This document shows, piece after piece, positions 10,470-21,258 of a stretch of DNA of 64,000 bases. Source of the stretch: Corallochytrium limacisporum Hawaii (Eukaryota > Protista > Pluriformea); NCBI GenBank assembly GCA_002811645.1, contig PDIP01000093.1:109990-173989 (forward strand), written 5' to 3'. A program made the position numbers and the translations under genes. Below the pieces are notes generated by a model. That model made no database searches, had not been told where the DNA came from, and saw only the letters and a program-made list of their open reading frames with translations. Every line of letters starts with the position of its first letter. The stretch's first letter is position 1.

Positions 10470-10596
10470 AGCGTTGTTGACCCTATGCATATCATAGAAA
10501 AAACGAAAACGAATACATGACAAACTTCCCCTCTTCCGTACCGACGTAAGTTGACTGAATCATGCTTTAGTTTTATTTATGTTGATCATTTCCTCA

Positions 10597-11808
10597 TCAA
10601 TAGCAACCAGTCGTGCCGTTAGTATAGTCGAGTTCGGCGAGTCGTTTCTCCTCGTCCTCAGGCTCCGAAGATGTTGACACGGAGGTGGATTCGTCACAGC
10701 TGCTGCTGTCCGTGACAGTTACCATGTTCTGGACCTTGGCAGGAGTTGATACGGAGCCTAGCTTCATTAGCTTCCGTCGTGGCATCAATTCGAGCAGCTC
10801 AGGGCATTCCTTGGCAATAGCCGCGCGCCACTTGATTGCCAGCTTCGGACGGCCTTTGAGAACCTTGCGCCAGACGACCGGTAGATTGCTACGGCTGACA
10901 AAATTCTGGGTCACCGCAGTAGAATGGTCCAGGTTTATGACGACGTGCCACCAGCCTCCCGGTACAAACATGGTCTCACCGGGCTTCTGCAGCGCAATGA
11001 TCGGCTTGGGTGCCTTCGGGTCGGCCATGATGGCTGGGTAGACTGTCATGAACCACGTGATTGCCTCCTTTTCCTTCATGCTCCTTGGTTTCACATGCTC
11101 CCGCTTCGAATTTGGTGGGAAAAGGGCCCACAGTTTATGCCCACTCAATAGCGAGTTCCACGCTGAAGTACCTAAGGGATCGATATGAATATTGCTACCA
11201 CTTCGAGCTGGACCCATCACGAACCATTTGTATGGAGGCCGACGCTCTTCCCCAACGTACTTGAACAAATCTTCCGTGAAGTAAGACAGCGGTTTGTAGT
11301 CGCCGCGCATCTGTGCCAGTGGGGCATCGTCTTCGCCCACGTTGCCCTCGAAAACATAAAGAGGGGAATCGTCCTGTTGATTGTGAATGTAGTGGAAATA
11401 GTACTTCAATTTCAACCTCACCGGATAACCCTCGTCATCCTCACCGATCTTCACCCGGGACTCACTGTAGGTCCCCATCAACTGTTCTGGGTTCCATTTG
11501 CCATTGCAGGCCGGCCAGTGATCGAAGCCACCAACGACTATGCATGGCTGATTTGTATCTTCCCAATTTGTTCTGAACTGTTCGGGGCTGCATTGAGAGT
11601 ATCTCACTCTTGGGCATGTGTCCAACGTTGCCCACTTGCGCAGACTGCCATCCCACTTGGCGGCGTAGCACCTACGAGACCATTCATAGGGTTTGATTTC
11701 TGACCTGGCACGCTTCTTTGCCCGCACTACTTTCCGACCTGCCTTGCCATGAAAACGTTCTCGGCGATCCTGTGCCACATAGGGATGCAACAACGAAGGG
11801 ACCGCCAT
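10597..11808 (-). CDS. JMJD6: JmjC-domain lysyl hydroxylase / arginine demethylase JMJD6
   Basis: First ATG at 11808. Motifs AKKRARSEIK, GEDDEGYPVRLKLKYY, DDSPLYVF, RRPPYKWFVMGPARSG, HIDPLGTSAWN, PGETMFVPGGWWHVVINLD and AVTQNF, plus a Ser-rich tail. Confidence 0.95.
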   Translation of the reverse strand: MAVPSLLHPYVAQDRRERFHGKAGRKVVRAKKRARSEIKPYEWSRRCYAAKWDGSLRKWATLDTCPRVRYSQCSPEQFRTNWEDTNQPCIVVGGFDHWPACNGKWNPEQLMGTYSESRVKIGEDDEGYPVRLKLKYYFHYIHNQQDDSPLYVFEGNVGEDDAPLAQMRGDYKPLSYFTEDLFKYVGEERRPPYKWFVMGPARSGSNIHIDPLGTSAWNSLLSGHKLWALFPPNSKREHVKPRSMKEKEAITWFMTVYPAIMADPKAPKPIIALQKPGETMFVPGGWWHVVINLDHSTAVTQNFVSRSNLPVVWRKVLKGRPKLAIKWRAAIAKECPELLELMPRRKLMKLGSVSTPAKVQNMVTVTDSSSCDESTSVSTSSEPEDEEKRLAELDYTNGTTGCY

Positions 11809-12448
11809 ATTGCGAGTCCATTTACGGCACCATTTATTTCTGTACCACACTTCTAGAGTTCACCCCTGTTCGCTCTTAAATCCGCTCCGTCACTTATATT
11901 TGACAGATGAAGGTACAGATCAGTGTGTAACACTCGTGCAACATGGTTTGAATAGTTTTCCGCGGTGGTCTTCTTCGGAGCCGTTTGCCGCGGGCCAGTA
12001 TAGAGGCCGTCCGTGGCTAGACCATCCCTGGCGGGGCGGCGACACGCGGGTCCCGCCGGCAAGCCCTCTGGGACCGTTCGCGGCCCCCCCCCAACTCTTC
12101 TCCGGGTCCTGAACCACCTCGCCCAAGTTAAGTCCGCAGATGCGTGATTACGGGATCTTTCCTCTTTGGGGAGAGCCAGGGGGATTTAAGACTCCCTTTC
12201 GGTGAGGCGGAAGTTGGCCGCAGCGGGTCCCATGACCACCGGATAGGTCTGACGTGTCAGTTCCGTCTTACACAGTCCACATGTCGCGGCCTCCATTTAT
12301 TTGCTTTGTCTGGGACACCAGAGGTACCTAAGGATGTTCGGGGCATAAAAGTATTGAGAGCAGCGTGGGCTAAGCCCATAGGTCAGGTAAAGAATCTTGG
12401 TATAAGCCTTTGTGCCCCATCCCATTTGGCAATCCCGCTTGCAACACA

Positions 12449-14335
12449 ATGGGTGGTCCAGGGACAAGGAAAGCCGCTTGGCTGCAACTATTGAATTTCG
12501 CCGTAGTGTGCCTTGTGTTGCTTTCTGGTGCTGCAGCAGGACAGGACGGAAAGACGAAGCAGCAGCAGAAACGTAGTCGTCCCGCCAACCTATGGGATGC
12601 GAGCCAGTCTTTTGAAATGCGAGTATATATCAGTAGTAGTCCCGAATTCAAAACGGAAGACTGGGTTTCACAGGACAAGGACTTTGCGGGCGGTAAGTAT
12701 GCATATACACCAGAGGGCCCTCTGAGTTGGGACATTAAAAATGATACTGAGTCTGATGAGAACGTCGAGATACCGCCGATTCCGGAGGTAGGATATGATC
12801 TCGAAAGCATTGACGAGAATGGACAGATCCTGGTGGCAAAGCTCACGGATCTGGAGTATCAGACGCCATTTGAAGAGTACATTCATCTACGTTTGAAGTT
12901 AAATGACGGTGCCCAGAAAAATGGCACTTTGTATGCTCACGTGGTATCCAGCAAGACTAACCACGAGATTCATCCGCACAACTCCGGGTGGAAGAGCACC
13001 AATGCGCAAATTTTGACATCACCTTTGGTACGATACAAGCATCTTCGGTCTGGGCCAAAACTCAAAAACTTATTATCGGGTGCGGCTAACAAAACAATGG
13101 AGAACGGGACTATTGTCGAGCAGACTCCAGAGGAAGAGGAAGACTACAATCCGATTCTGAGTCACTGGCACAACAACCTGACCATCGCCTACGTTGAGGA
13201 CCCAAATCAGAACACACTTCCTCAGCTTTCACCCACCATGAGGAAGAATTTGACTTGGAACCGTACGGCTGGCGGATATATGCCGCTGGTATGGCGTAAC
13301 GAGTTTTGGACCTTCAAGGAGGACATGAAGCCTATCAATAGCACTGTACTTGAGGTAGACCTCTACATATGCGCTTACCACCTTTCCATCTGGCATTGGC
13401 AAATGATGGTCTCTATGGACGAGAGCTTTGGACTGCACCACGAGTGGGGAACCATGAACGAGGATGAACCGGAAGAATTCAAACGGATGCTACTGGACAC
13501 AGATCCATGGCTGTTGGGTATCACTTTCGTCGTTTCAATTTTGCATACGATCTTTGACTTCTTGGCATTCAAGAACGATATTCAGTACTGGCGGAAACGA
13601 AAGACTGTCAAAGGAATTTCCGTTCGGACGTTGTTCACCAACCTTGGCATGCAGGTCATTATTTTCCTCTACCTCCTGGACAATGACACCTCATATTTAA
13701 TTCTAATGTCCAACTTTGTCGGGTTATTCATCGACTTTTGGAAGGCTGGAAAGGCGGCCAACATCTCTCTAGACTACCAAAACAAGTACTTTGGTATCAT
13801 TCCTGCTGTTAGAGTAGAGGACCACGCATCCTACGCGAAATCTAAGACAAAGGAGTTTGATGATTTAGCCTTCTCATACTTGAGCTACGCCTTGTACCCG
13901 ATCGTCGTGATTTACTCCGTCTACAGCTTGATGTACAACGAGCACAAGAGCTGGTACTCCTTCATCTTGAACACCGTTGTCGGCATCATCTACATGTTTG
14001 GTTTCATCATGATGACTCCCCAATTGTTCATCAATTACAAGTTGAAATCGGTGGCTCATCTGCCATGGCGCATGTTGACGTATCGTGCGTTGAACACATT
14101 CATTGATGATCTTTTCGCATTCATCATCAAGATGCCTTTGTTACATCGTCTGGCCTGCTTCAGAGACGACCTCATCTTCTTCATCTATCTCTATCAGCGG
14201 TACATCTATCCTGTGGACCCCAACCGTCGATTTGACGAAGATGATGGAACGCAAGAACCAAGTGAGGCTAGTGAGGGCAAACCACTGCTCCAGAACGGCG
14301 AGAAACAGCCTGCAGAGTCAAAGAAGGACAAATGA
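12449..14335 (+). CDS. CLPTM1/CLPTM1L family ER membrane protein (lipid scramblase family)
   Basis: First ATG at 12449. Motifs NGTLYAHV, FDFLAFKNDIQYW, GISVR, FLYLLDNDTS, GFIMMTPQLFINYKLKSVAHLPW, NTFIDDLFAF and FRDD. Confidence 0.95.
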   Translation: MGGPGTRKAAWLQLLNFAVVCLVLLSGAAAGQDGKTKQQQKRSRPANLWDASQSFEMRVYISSSPEFKTEDWVSQDKDFAGGKYAYTPEGPLSWDIKNDTESDENVEIPPIPEVGYDLESIDENGQILVAKLTDLEYQTPFEEYIHLRLKLNDGAQKNGTLYAHVVSSKTNHEIHPHNSGWKSTNAQILTSPLVRYKHLRSGPKLKNLLSGAANKTMENGTIVEQTPEEEEDYNPILSHWHNNLTIAYVEDPNQNTLPQLSPTMRKNLTWNRTAGGYMPLVWRNEFWTFKEDMKPINSTVLEVDLYICAYHLSIWHWQMMVSMDESFGLHHEWGTMNEDEPEEFKRMLLDTDPWLLGITFVVSILHTIFDFLAFKNDIQYWRKRKTVKGISVRTLFTNLGMQVIIFLYLLDNDTSYLILMSNFVGLFIDFWKAGKAANISLDYQNKYFGIIPAVRVEDHASYAKSKTKEFDDLAFSYLSYALYPIVVIYSVYSLMYNEHKSWYSFILNTVVGIIYMFGFIMMTPQLFINYKLKSVAHLPWRMLTYRALNTFIDDLFAFIIKMPLLHRLACFRDDLIFFIYLYQRYIYPVDPNRRFDEDDGTQEPSEASEGKPLLQNGEKQPAESKKDK

Positions 14336-14741
14336 GTCCGCTCTCTTCTAACCCGAACAATAGACGCCTGCATAAAGTATGATGGTGTATCCATACAAAC
14401 ATCTTTGTCTCCCCGGCCAACCGCAACAGATGATCGCTGAAGACTACATCTTCCTCGTTCATCTCAGAAGCCACATCCTCCCACCACCAGCTTATCTTGA
14501 CCCCATGCCCGGCACCGAGTCGCGTGGGGGGAAGGGGGGGGGGGGGGCGGGGGGCGAGTGGCTCGCCCCGGGATATACGAGGCAGGGACAATCGGCAGCT
14601 TCGGTGGCTACTTGATGAAAGTGGATTTCGCTGTGAAGCACCTTCATTGATAAGGCTGTGCTCATATGGGCTCATTTAGAACATGTCCTGCGAAATCTGA
14701 GTGCCAATGCTGATGATCATGCAGGTTCGACTACCCGAGAC

Positions 14742-15893
14742 ATGATCCGCCACTTGAGGTCTCACTTCCGACCGGCAGAGCGGCCGGTGCAGACATGGTT
14801 CCCGGGACACATGGACAAAAGTCTTAAGAAAATACAAGCACAAGTCTATGAGCGTGTTGATGTGGTCGTGGAAGTACATGACGCACGGATACCTTTTCAT
14901 TACCGCAGTAAAACACTCGATCTCGTGGCCATGGCAAAGCCAAGACTGTTGGTTCTGAACAAGCGGGATCTGGCAGACCGCAGCCTGGAACCAATGATCA
15001 TCGAGAGATATATTAACGAAGCGAACACGGACGTGCTTTTCACAGACTCCCTAGGGAAAGATTTTCAAGGAAAGCAAGATGAAAATTTGAAAGAAATCTT
15101 GGAATGGATCGCAGACACTTCAGTCGCCAACCCGCGTCGCTTGCCATACGGTAAGAGACATGCCATCGGGAGCGGAAGTGACCCATCCCATGTGGTACCT
15201 GCGCTGGGATCGGGACGCAAACAGCAGTATCATCCACGTATCACAAGACAACTGGAGACCATCCGGGCGGCAGCTCTGCAGCGGACAAAGAGCGAGGACA
15301 GCCGATCCGCCCCTCCTGCTCTGCGCGGGTCGTTCAGGTACAACTGCATGGTGGTCGGGATTCCCAATGTGGGTAAATCAACGCTCATCAACAAACTTCG
15401 CAATGTCGGCATGGGTCGCAAGGGCAGCCTCAAGACAGCACCACAGCCGGGAGTGACCAAGAGCGTTGAGAATGGCATTGTGGTGCTCCAGGATCCCCCA
15501 GTGCAACTCCTGGACACACCAGGCATTGTGGAGCCCTTAGTGCCAAATAGGAAGGCTGGATTGACTCTCAGTATGCTGGGATCGATTGATGAATTGGTCT
15601 GTGGATGGTGGGAAATTTGCGACTATCTGTTATTTGTCCTCAATCGGCATGGGATGCTTCGGTATGCAGAGATTCTTGACATTGAGCCAACGGACAGTAT
15701 TCACGAACTCACAACTGGCGTGGCGTACCGGCTGAATCTACAAAAGATGCACACTAACACGGGCAGACCACAGAACCGTAAGAGCGCTGAAGCCATTGAC
15801 GCCACAGATCTGGATGTGGACGAGGCAGCCAAACAGTTTGTGCGTATGTTCAGACGGGGCGATTTTGGGCCAATCAGCCTAGTAAGGGGCTAA
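14742..15893 (+). CDS. MTG1: Mitochondrial ribosome-assembly GTPase 1 (YlqF/RbgA family, circularly permuted)
   Basis: First ATG at 14742. Motifs WFPGHM, EVHDARIP, G4 NKRD preceding G1 GIPNVGKS, PGVT, G3 DTPG and terminal FRRGDFG. Confidence 0.92.
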   Translation: MIRHLRSHFRPAERPVQTWFPGHMDKSLKKIQAQVYERVDVVVEVHDARIPFHYRSKTLDLVAMAKPRLLVLNKRDLADRSLEPMIIERYINEANTDVLFTDSLGKDFQGKQDENLKEILEWIADTSVANPRRLPYGKRHAIGSGSDPSHVVPALGSGRKQQYHPRITRQLETIRAAALQRTKSEDSRSAPPALRGSFRYNCMVVGIPNVGKSTLINKLRNVGMGRKGSLKTAPQPGVTKSVENGIVVLQDPPVQLLDTPGIVEPLVPNRKAGLTLSMLGSIDELVCGWWEICDYLLFVLNRHGMLRYAEILDIEPTDSIHELTTGVAYRLNLQKMHTNTGRPQNRKSAEAIDATDLDVDEAAKQFVRMFRRGDFGPISLVRG

Positions 15894-15958
15894 GAGCAAC
15901 TAATTAAACAAGCAACGAGCAGTATGTATAATAGAAATTGGACTATTCCCCTCTTACA

Positions 15959-17512
15959 TTATGTCGTGTATGCAATCTTCTCAATGTCCGTGCGATGCAT
16001 TTCAGAGTGGGCAGCTTTCTTCCAGTCCGCAAAGTACTTGTCCATAACAGCAGTGAGACCGGCCTTCTCGTCCTCATCACAGTCCTTGCGGTCCACGTAC
16101 ATGGCAACAACGTATATAAAGGCATCCCGCAACCGATGCGCCTCTTCAGCAGCGTCTCCGTTTCCTGTATAGGTACCATCACCAGTGGATATGCTCTGGT
16201 CCTGGAGACGCTTGCTCAATAGTTCGGCGTACCTTGCCGCATTTGGGACAATCAACAGCTGTACAATCAATGGTCCCAAGGCATGTAAGCCTAACAGGGC
16301 ACCATAGTGGCTAGTCATGGCCTTATCGGGATCCAGCAGGGCAGTCACTAGAGTCTTGCCCACGCGCGGCTTCAGATTCGGGTACTGCTTACCGTAGCGG
16401 TCACAGACCCTTCCCACCAGCTCCGCACTGAACCGCCGCAGAGTCCAGTGGTCCTGCTTGGCACTTCTACAGAGGCGCTTGCTGACCAGACATGTTAGTA
16501 CGCAGGGCATGATTTTGTGGAGATAAGGATCATGGTAAAGAGACTCATTCTGCACAATGGCATCAATGGCCATCATCATGCGGCAAAGCATGGGCAGATT
16601 ACGAAGATTGGCACTGATCTTGTCTTCAATGAAAGAGATGAGGTATGGCAGTAGCTGTTGCAAGCCGACATCCTTCCGCAGAGTCTTCAGTGCTGTCTGG
16701 CACAGCTTCGTATCACCATCTACAAGTCCATTGGTGACATGCTTAAAGTAGAATTGCAGTTCTTTGCTGAGAGTGTGGTCTTTGATCGGGCGTACCTCTA
16801 CGTTCTTCTTCAGTTGGGCACTATCACCAGTCTTGTTTGCCGAGTCAGCACCTTCCTCAACCTTGTTCATATTGATCACTCCTCGTTTCACGTCCTCATA
16901 TACAGATGGGTTCTCTGGAATATTGGGCATATGTCCATTGATTGCAAGCCAATGGGCTTTCCAAGTGACGTCAAAAGGTAGTCCCGGTGTAGGTGCCTTG
17001 ATCACGTCCTCCAGACTGACTTCTAGATCATCCGCAAAGTATAGAGTCTCACTCCCTTTGGCTGTGCTCACCTGCGCTTCTTTAGTCTCTGAATTTCCCG
17101 CGCCGGCGGCATCGGTGCCTGTTGCGTCCGAGTTGCCTTGTACGGTCGTAGATGACTTCTGTGCAGACTCTCCGTGGGAGGCCCGGAATTCTAAGTCCTG
17201 GAGAGTAACCCGACTGGTACCTTCGTGCCGACCACCACTAATCATTTGTGGATGAACCTTGCCAATTGTCTTGCTTTGTAACGTGCTGAATCCATAAAGC
17301 GGTTCAAAACGATATGACTCCAAAGCGGCGTTGACGTCTTTGGTCAACAGTTTCCTGCGCTTACTGTGAGATGCAAACTTCAGGGACTCCTGTACAATGT
17401 CTCGCAGCCGATACTCAAGATCAGGGACCAGAGTCTGAGCAACCTCATTGGACAAAGAAATCCCTAAGGAATCTGCGAAGCCCTTCACAGCTTCTCGACT
17501 GTGCTTTGACAT
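15959..17512 (-). CDS. TAF6: TFIID subunit 6
   Basis: N-terminal histone fold (LEYRLRDIVQESLKF...KRRKLLTKDVNAAL, EPLYGF), AHWLAINGHMPNIPEN, HTLSKELQFYF, GLQQLLPY, HWTLR and HYGA. Confidence 0.95.
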   Translation of the reverse strand: MSKHSREAVKGFADSLGISLSNEVAQTLVPDLEYRLRDIVQESLKFASHSKRRKLLTKDVNAALESYRFEPLYGFSTLQSKTIGKVHPQMISGGRHEGTSRVTLQDLEFRASHGESAQKSSTTVQGNSDATGTDAAGAGNSETKEAQVSTAKGSETLYFADDLEVSLEDVIKAPTPGLPFDVTWKAHWLAINGHMPNIPENPSVYEDVKRGVINMNKVEEGADSANKTGDSAQLKKNVEVRPIKDHTLSKELQFYFKHVTNGLVDGDTKLCQTALKTLRKDVGLQQLLPYLISFIEDKISANLRNLPMLCRMMMAIDAIVQNESLYHDPYLHKIMPCVLTCLVSKRLCRSAKQDHWTLRRFSAELVGRVCDRYGKQYPNLKPRVGKTLVTALLDPDKAMTSHYGALLGLHALGPLIVQLLIVPNAARYAELLSKRLQDQSISTGDGTYTGNGDAAEEAHRLRDAFIYVVAMYVDRKDCDEDEKAGLTAVMDKYFADWKKAAHSEMHRTDIEKIAYTT

Positions 17513-17919
17513 GATTTATATGTATATTTGAGCGAGCTCTTTAACCGTATCCTTTCCGCATTACAAAACACTCCGTTCACATTTAGTCCGTTCAAATGGT
17601 CGCATACTTCTTTTACATCATTTTAGTGCCTAAATTGCACAAGTTCACTGAAATACCTGTCATTACAAAATTTATTTCCATGAGTCCGAGAACGCGCTCA
17701 AAAACACGATGCGCCCGCGTTTCCCCCCTCCCCCTTTTGCCCCGGGCCCAGGGGGGGACCGGGGGAGCGCGGGGTGGCGGCGGCACACTAGTTCGAAGAA
17801 GTTCGATGATAACGTCAGGAACGGTCCCTCCTTCGATTCTACAGGCGGACGACAATGTTGAGATCACCCAGTTGGACACACAGTTTCCGATAGGGAACAG
17901 TCTGTACGCGAATGCACTT

Positions 17920-20790
17920 TCAATTGTCAATAACACCTAGAGCGAACTCCTCAGCCACGACCTCGAACTTGTTACGAGCGCCTTCGATCTGCTTCAGGAA
18001 GCGCTCTTGCTCAGCCTCATGGTGGTCATCGCCGGATCTGCCTGGTTGGCCGCTCAGACTTGACATGTTCAGCAGTCGCTGATACTCCTCATCGCACTGC
18101 ATACAGACCGGGTTGTCCTCATTCAGACAACGATCATGGTAAGAGTGCCCGCAAAGGAAATGTACCACAGGAAGTTCCAGGGGCAGACGACAAGCTTTGC
18201 ACTTGCCGAGGTGGAAAGTTTTTGCCTTGGTCTGTAAGTCTTCGAGCTGAGTCTCCAGATCCCGGTTTTTCTCTGCCAATTCACGGATGGTCTCCTCGTC
18301 AGAGGCAAGACGACCGTTGCTGTCATTGAACCAGCGCAAGAGGAAGTCCCTCACCACAGTGATGCTAATATTTGGTGCCTTGATCAATAGTTTGACCATT
18401 TGGAACGGAGTCATAGTTTCCTGCCGTTCAATGGTGACCAGCATCTCTGAAATGATTGCATTTGCATCCGCTGGTTCCTCAATGTTGGTGGAAAAATGTG
18501 TAAGGGCCTTGCTCCACAGCGACAAGTCCTGTGCGCCATACCGCGTACAGGTCCTCAGGATTGCCTCCGTGTCCCGCAGGCGAATGTGAAGATCCAAAAT
18601 CTGAGAGTACATGTGGTTTGTCTCCAGCAAATAGATAAGCCCCTCGCTAAAGTCGTTCTGTCCACAGATGAGAAGTGCCTGGTTCGGGTCATAGGCACAG
18701 TCTTCGTCCTTCAGTAACTTCAGTGCCTCTGCTTGCCGCTCTTTCTTTTCTGACTTTGATCCTGCGATATCAGGGCGCAGGTAAAGCTCCAGCAGAACGT
18801 TGACCACAGGCGCGTAGTGCCGGTGGTTGGCAGCGTGAACTGTCTCGGCAAAGGTCAAGAACTGTGCTGCGTGCTTGACAAAGACGTGGAAGAACTCTTC
18901 TGGTTTTGCACGCTTCCCATTCTCCTGAATCAGCAGCTCCGCTTCGTGACGTTTGGAGAAAGGAATGGCATACTGCAGATCCTCGCTGATCTCGGTGGGA
19001 CCAGGCCAAGTGGAGCAGAGGTCGATAAGAATCTTCACAGTCTGTTCTTCATCTTGCTCGATCAGAAAGACACCGTGGATTCGCAAAAAGTATGCGGCAA
19101 TCTGCAGAGGAAGGCTCTGCAGGTATTCGAGCGCCTTGGACCCTTCCTTCAGGTCGTAGACGGATATGGTAATGAACCAGTCGACATTGTGGAAGCGCCT
19201 CGCCACATTCAGTGCCAGGGACAGGAATCCACTATTACGCAAGGCTTTGATCGCACTATTCACGTCGAAGCTTGGGTACGTTTGCGTTGTTTGCTTGGCT
19301 CCATGCTCGTCCTCACCACCTGTCTTCGTTGTGGTCAGAAACCCTTCCAGTTGTTCCGCCTTACCGAGGCGTGTGTAGCACTGCAGCAGCAGTGTCGTGT
19401 GTGTCGGTCCCGCGGCGCTCTTGTCGTGGAGGACCTGCAGGTATTGGATCAACGGTTCTAGAGCCTGGATGTCAAGATACTTCTTGATCACGTAAGATGG
19501 TTCCAAGACACCGATTGTCTTTGTGTACTGGATCATGGCACCTTCGGTGTCTCCCTTTGAATACAAATAATCACCGTACTGCTTGAATACTTCGTAAACT
19601 GCTTGTGTGTCGTAATTCTGGCTTGACGATGCCAATTCAATTGCCAATGGATACAAAGACTTCTTGAATAGAATGTTTAGCTTGGTTTGCGTGTCCTGTT
19701 CATCCAATTGCATCATAATACCACTGCTATTGATAATGTGCAGGAAACCCCATTCCTTTACGATGAAGGCAATGTCATCGAACTTGCTCTGATAGGCGAC
19801 ATATTTCCGATTGATGTCGTAGATGGTGAGGACATTTCTTCCGCTGCCTTCGCGCGCCCCCAGCATGGATCCGCTTGACAGCTTCCCATCCACTGTTGCC
19901 AACACCAGATAGTCTCGAAACCAGGCTACCGAACGCTTGGTGCCATCAAACGCAAAACAAGGACCCAACCCATCGACGTTGTAGAAGAAGACGGCCTCCT
20001 TGCGAGCCACGATCAGGTCATTTTCGTTGAAGACGCCCTCTGCCAGCGTGGTGCACTGCATCTCTGCGCCTGACATGTCGAGTGTTTCGTACTGTACATT
20101 GTTGCGACCGCGAATCGTGAGGACTCCGGTTTCCGATTCTGTGGTAATGTAGAGATAGACGGTGCTCTGCGAATTGTTGACCGGTCCACGCCGGATAGTG
20201 ACAAATTTCAGCGATGTAATCTTGTCTCCGGGCTGGCTAAAAACGACTGACTTACTCGGGTTCCTTTCGCGTAGAATGTTGCCAAGGATCAGCACTACAT
20301 GACCATCATCGTAGCCTAGGGCTGTCATGGAGGCAGTGGCTGTGCAAGCAAAGCAGACTACTTGCCCTCTCCCTTCCTTCAGTTTGTCTACCCGGAACGA
20401 ACGCACCAACTGAGGGGCGTGACCGTCCTCAGGCTGCGCATCCGCAAAGTCCCAGGCCTTGAGATACTTGTGGTTATGCCCTCCTGGTGCCTCAACGTCC
20501 TCAATATCTCCTTCCAGCGTGACAAGTGTGTGAGATTGTTGCAGTGCAAACATTGAGAGAATCGGGTTTTCGTGTGCCTGTACGGACACGCATTCAAAGG
20601 ATCTGTTAAGAGTGTGCAGAGTGCCATAGTTGTCTCCCAATGCGAGGAACCCAGACGTGCCTGCAGCTGCAGTGAATCTGGCTCCCTGTGTCGTCTGACA
20701 AACAGTGTGCAACTGTAAACTTGCATCTGTCCTGGACAGAGCCTTTGGTTCAAAGAAATTGAACTTGCGCCACTGGCTTAGCGCGGGCAT
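17920..20790 (-). CDS. VPS11: HOPS/CORVET subunit Vps11
   Basis: First ATG at 20790. QWRKFNFF N-terminus, beta-propeller, YGDYLYSKGD, EPSYVIKKYLD and HTTLLLQCY, then a clathrin-repeat region and a C-terminal RING (CKAC...VHFLCGHSYHDRC...CMQC). Confidence 0.95.
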   Translation of the reverse strand: MPALSQWRKFNFFEPKALSRTDASLQLHTVCQTTQGARFTAAAGTSGFLALGDNYGTLHTLNRSFECVSVQAHENPILSMFALQQSHTLVTLEGDIEDVEAPGGHNHKYLKAWDFADAQPEDGHAPQLVRSFRVDKLKEGRGQVVCFACTATASMTALGYDDGHVVLILGNILRERNPSKSVVFSQPGDKITSLKFVTIRRGPVNNSQSTVYLYITTESETGVLTIRGRNNVQYETLDMSGAEMQCTTLAEGVFNENDLIVARKEAVFFYNVDGLGPCFAFDGTKRSVAWFRDYLVLATVDGKLSSGSMLGAREGSGRNVLTIYDINRKYVAYQSKFDDIAFIVKEWGFLHIINSSGIMMQLDEQDTQTKLNILFKKSLYPLAIELASSSQNYDTQAVYEVFKQYGDYLYSKGDTEGAMIQYTKTIGVLEPSYVIKKYLDIQALEPLIQYLQVLHDKSAAGPTHTTLLLQCYTRLGKAEQLEGFLTTTKTGGEDEHGAKQTTQTYPSFDVNSAIKALRNSGFLSLALNVARRFHNVDWFITISVYDLKEGSKALEYLQSLPLQIAAYFLRIHGVFLIEQDEEQTVKILIDLCSTWPGPTEISEDLQYAIPFSKRHEAELLIQENGKRAKPEEFFHVFVKHAAQFLTFAETVHAANHRHYAPVVNVLLELYLRPDIAGSKSEKKERQAEALKLLKDEDCAYDPNQALLICGQNDFSEGLIYLLETNHMYSQILDLHIRLRDTEAILRTCTRYGAQDLSLWSKALTHFSTNIEEPADANAIISEMLVTIERQETMTPFQMVKLLIKAPNISITVVRDFLLRWFNDSNGRLASDEETIRELAEKNRDLETQLEDLQTKAKTFHLGKCKACRLPLELPVVHFLCGHSYHDRCLNEDNPVCMQCDEEYQRLLNMSSLSGQPGRSGDDHHEAEQERFLKQIEGARNKFEVVAEEFALGVIDN

Positions 20791-21048
20791 TTTGGAACCT
20801 GTCTTCACTATAGTTTACATGCCTCCCAAATGCTATGTCTCGTTATTGATTCATGGTTCGATCCATGCCCTTTCCGCATTTTGAGGAACGCCGTGGTGGT
20901 AATTGGCATGATCTAAATGTTGGATATATAATACCTTTCCAAAAAGGGCGAACTTCTGTGTTTCCTCTTACAAAAGACCGCCAGCTGGGGATACCTGGGC
21001 TTGGAAGTGAGTTGGGGCTTTCAACAGCCACCTCCCAGCCTCCCGCGG

Positions 21049-21065
21049 CCCCCCGGGGGGGGGGG
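21049..21065. promoter_or_regulatory. C6G11 element, 259 bp upstream of the VPS11 ATG
   Basis: Directly visible; function is inferred from recurrent position. Confidence 0.45.
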
Positions 21066-21258
21066 TCCAGAGAATCTAGGGAAAGGAAAAGGGCTGTTGA
21101 ACAATGGCATTCACGGGTTTAGACGATGTGTTCACCCATACCACAGTAACCTATTATTTTTGAGAAACGAACTATGTGCTCTTAACGGCCCTAACGTGAT
21201 GAAAAACGATCTATTCAACAAGAATCTGATAATGATAGGATTGAGACTCTAGTGTGCT

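Noticed and set aside
9424-10497. 357-aa alternative-frame ORF and 309-aa antisense ORF over the PHD gene
   Set aside because: Shadow ORFs expected from GC-rich Pro/Gly codons; non-ATG starts and no recognisable domain.
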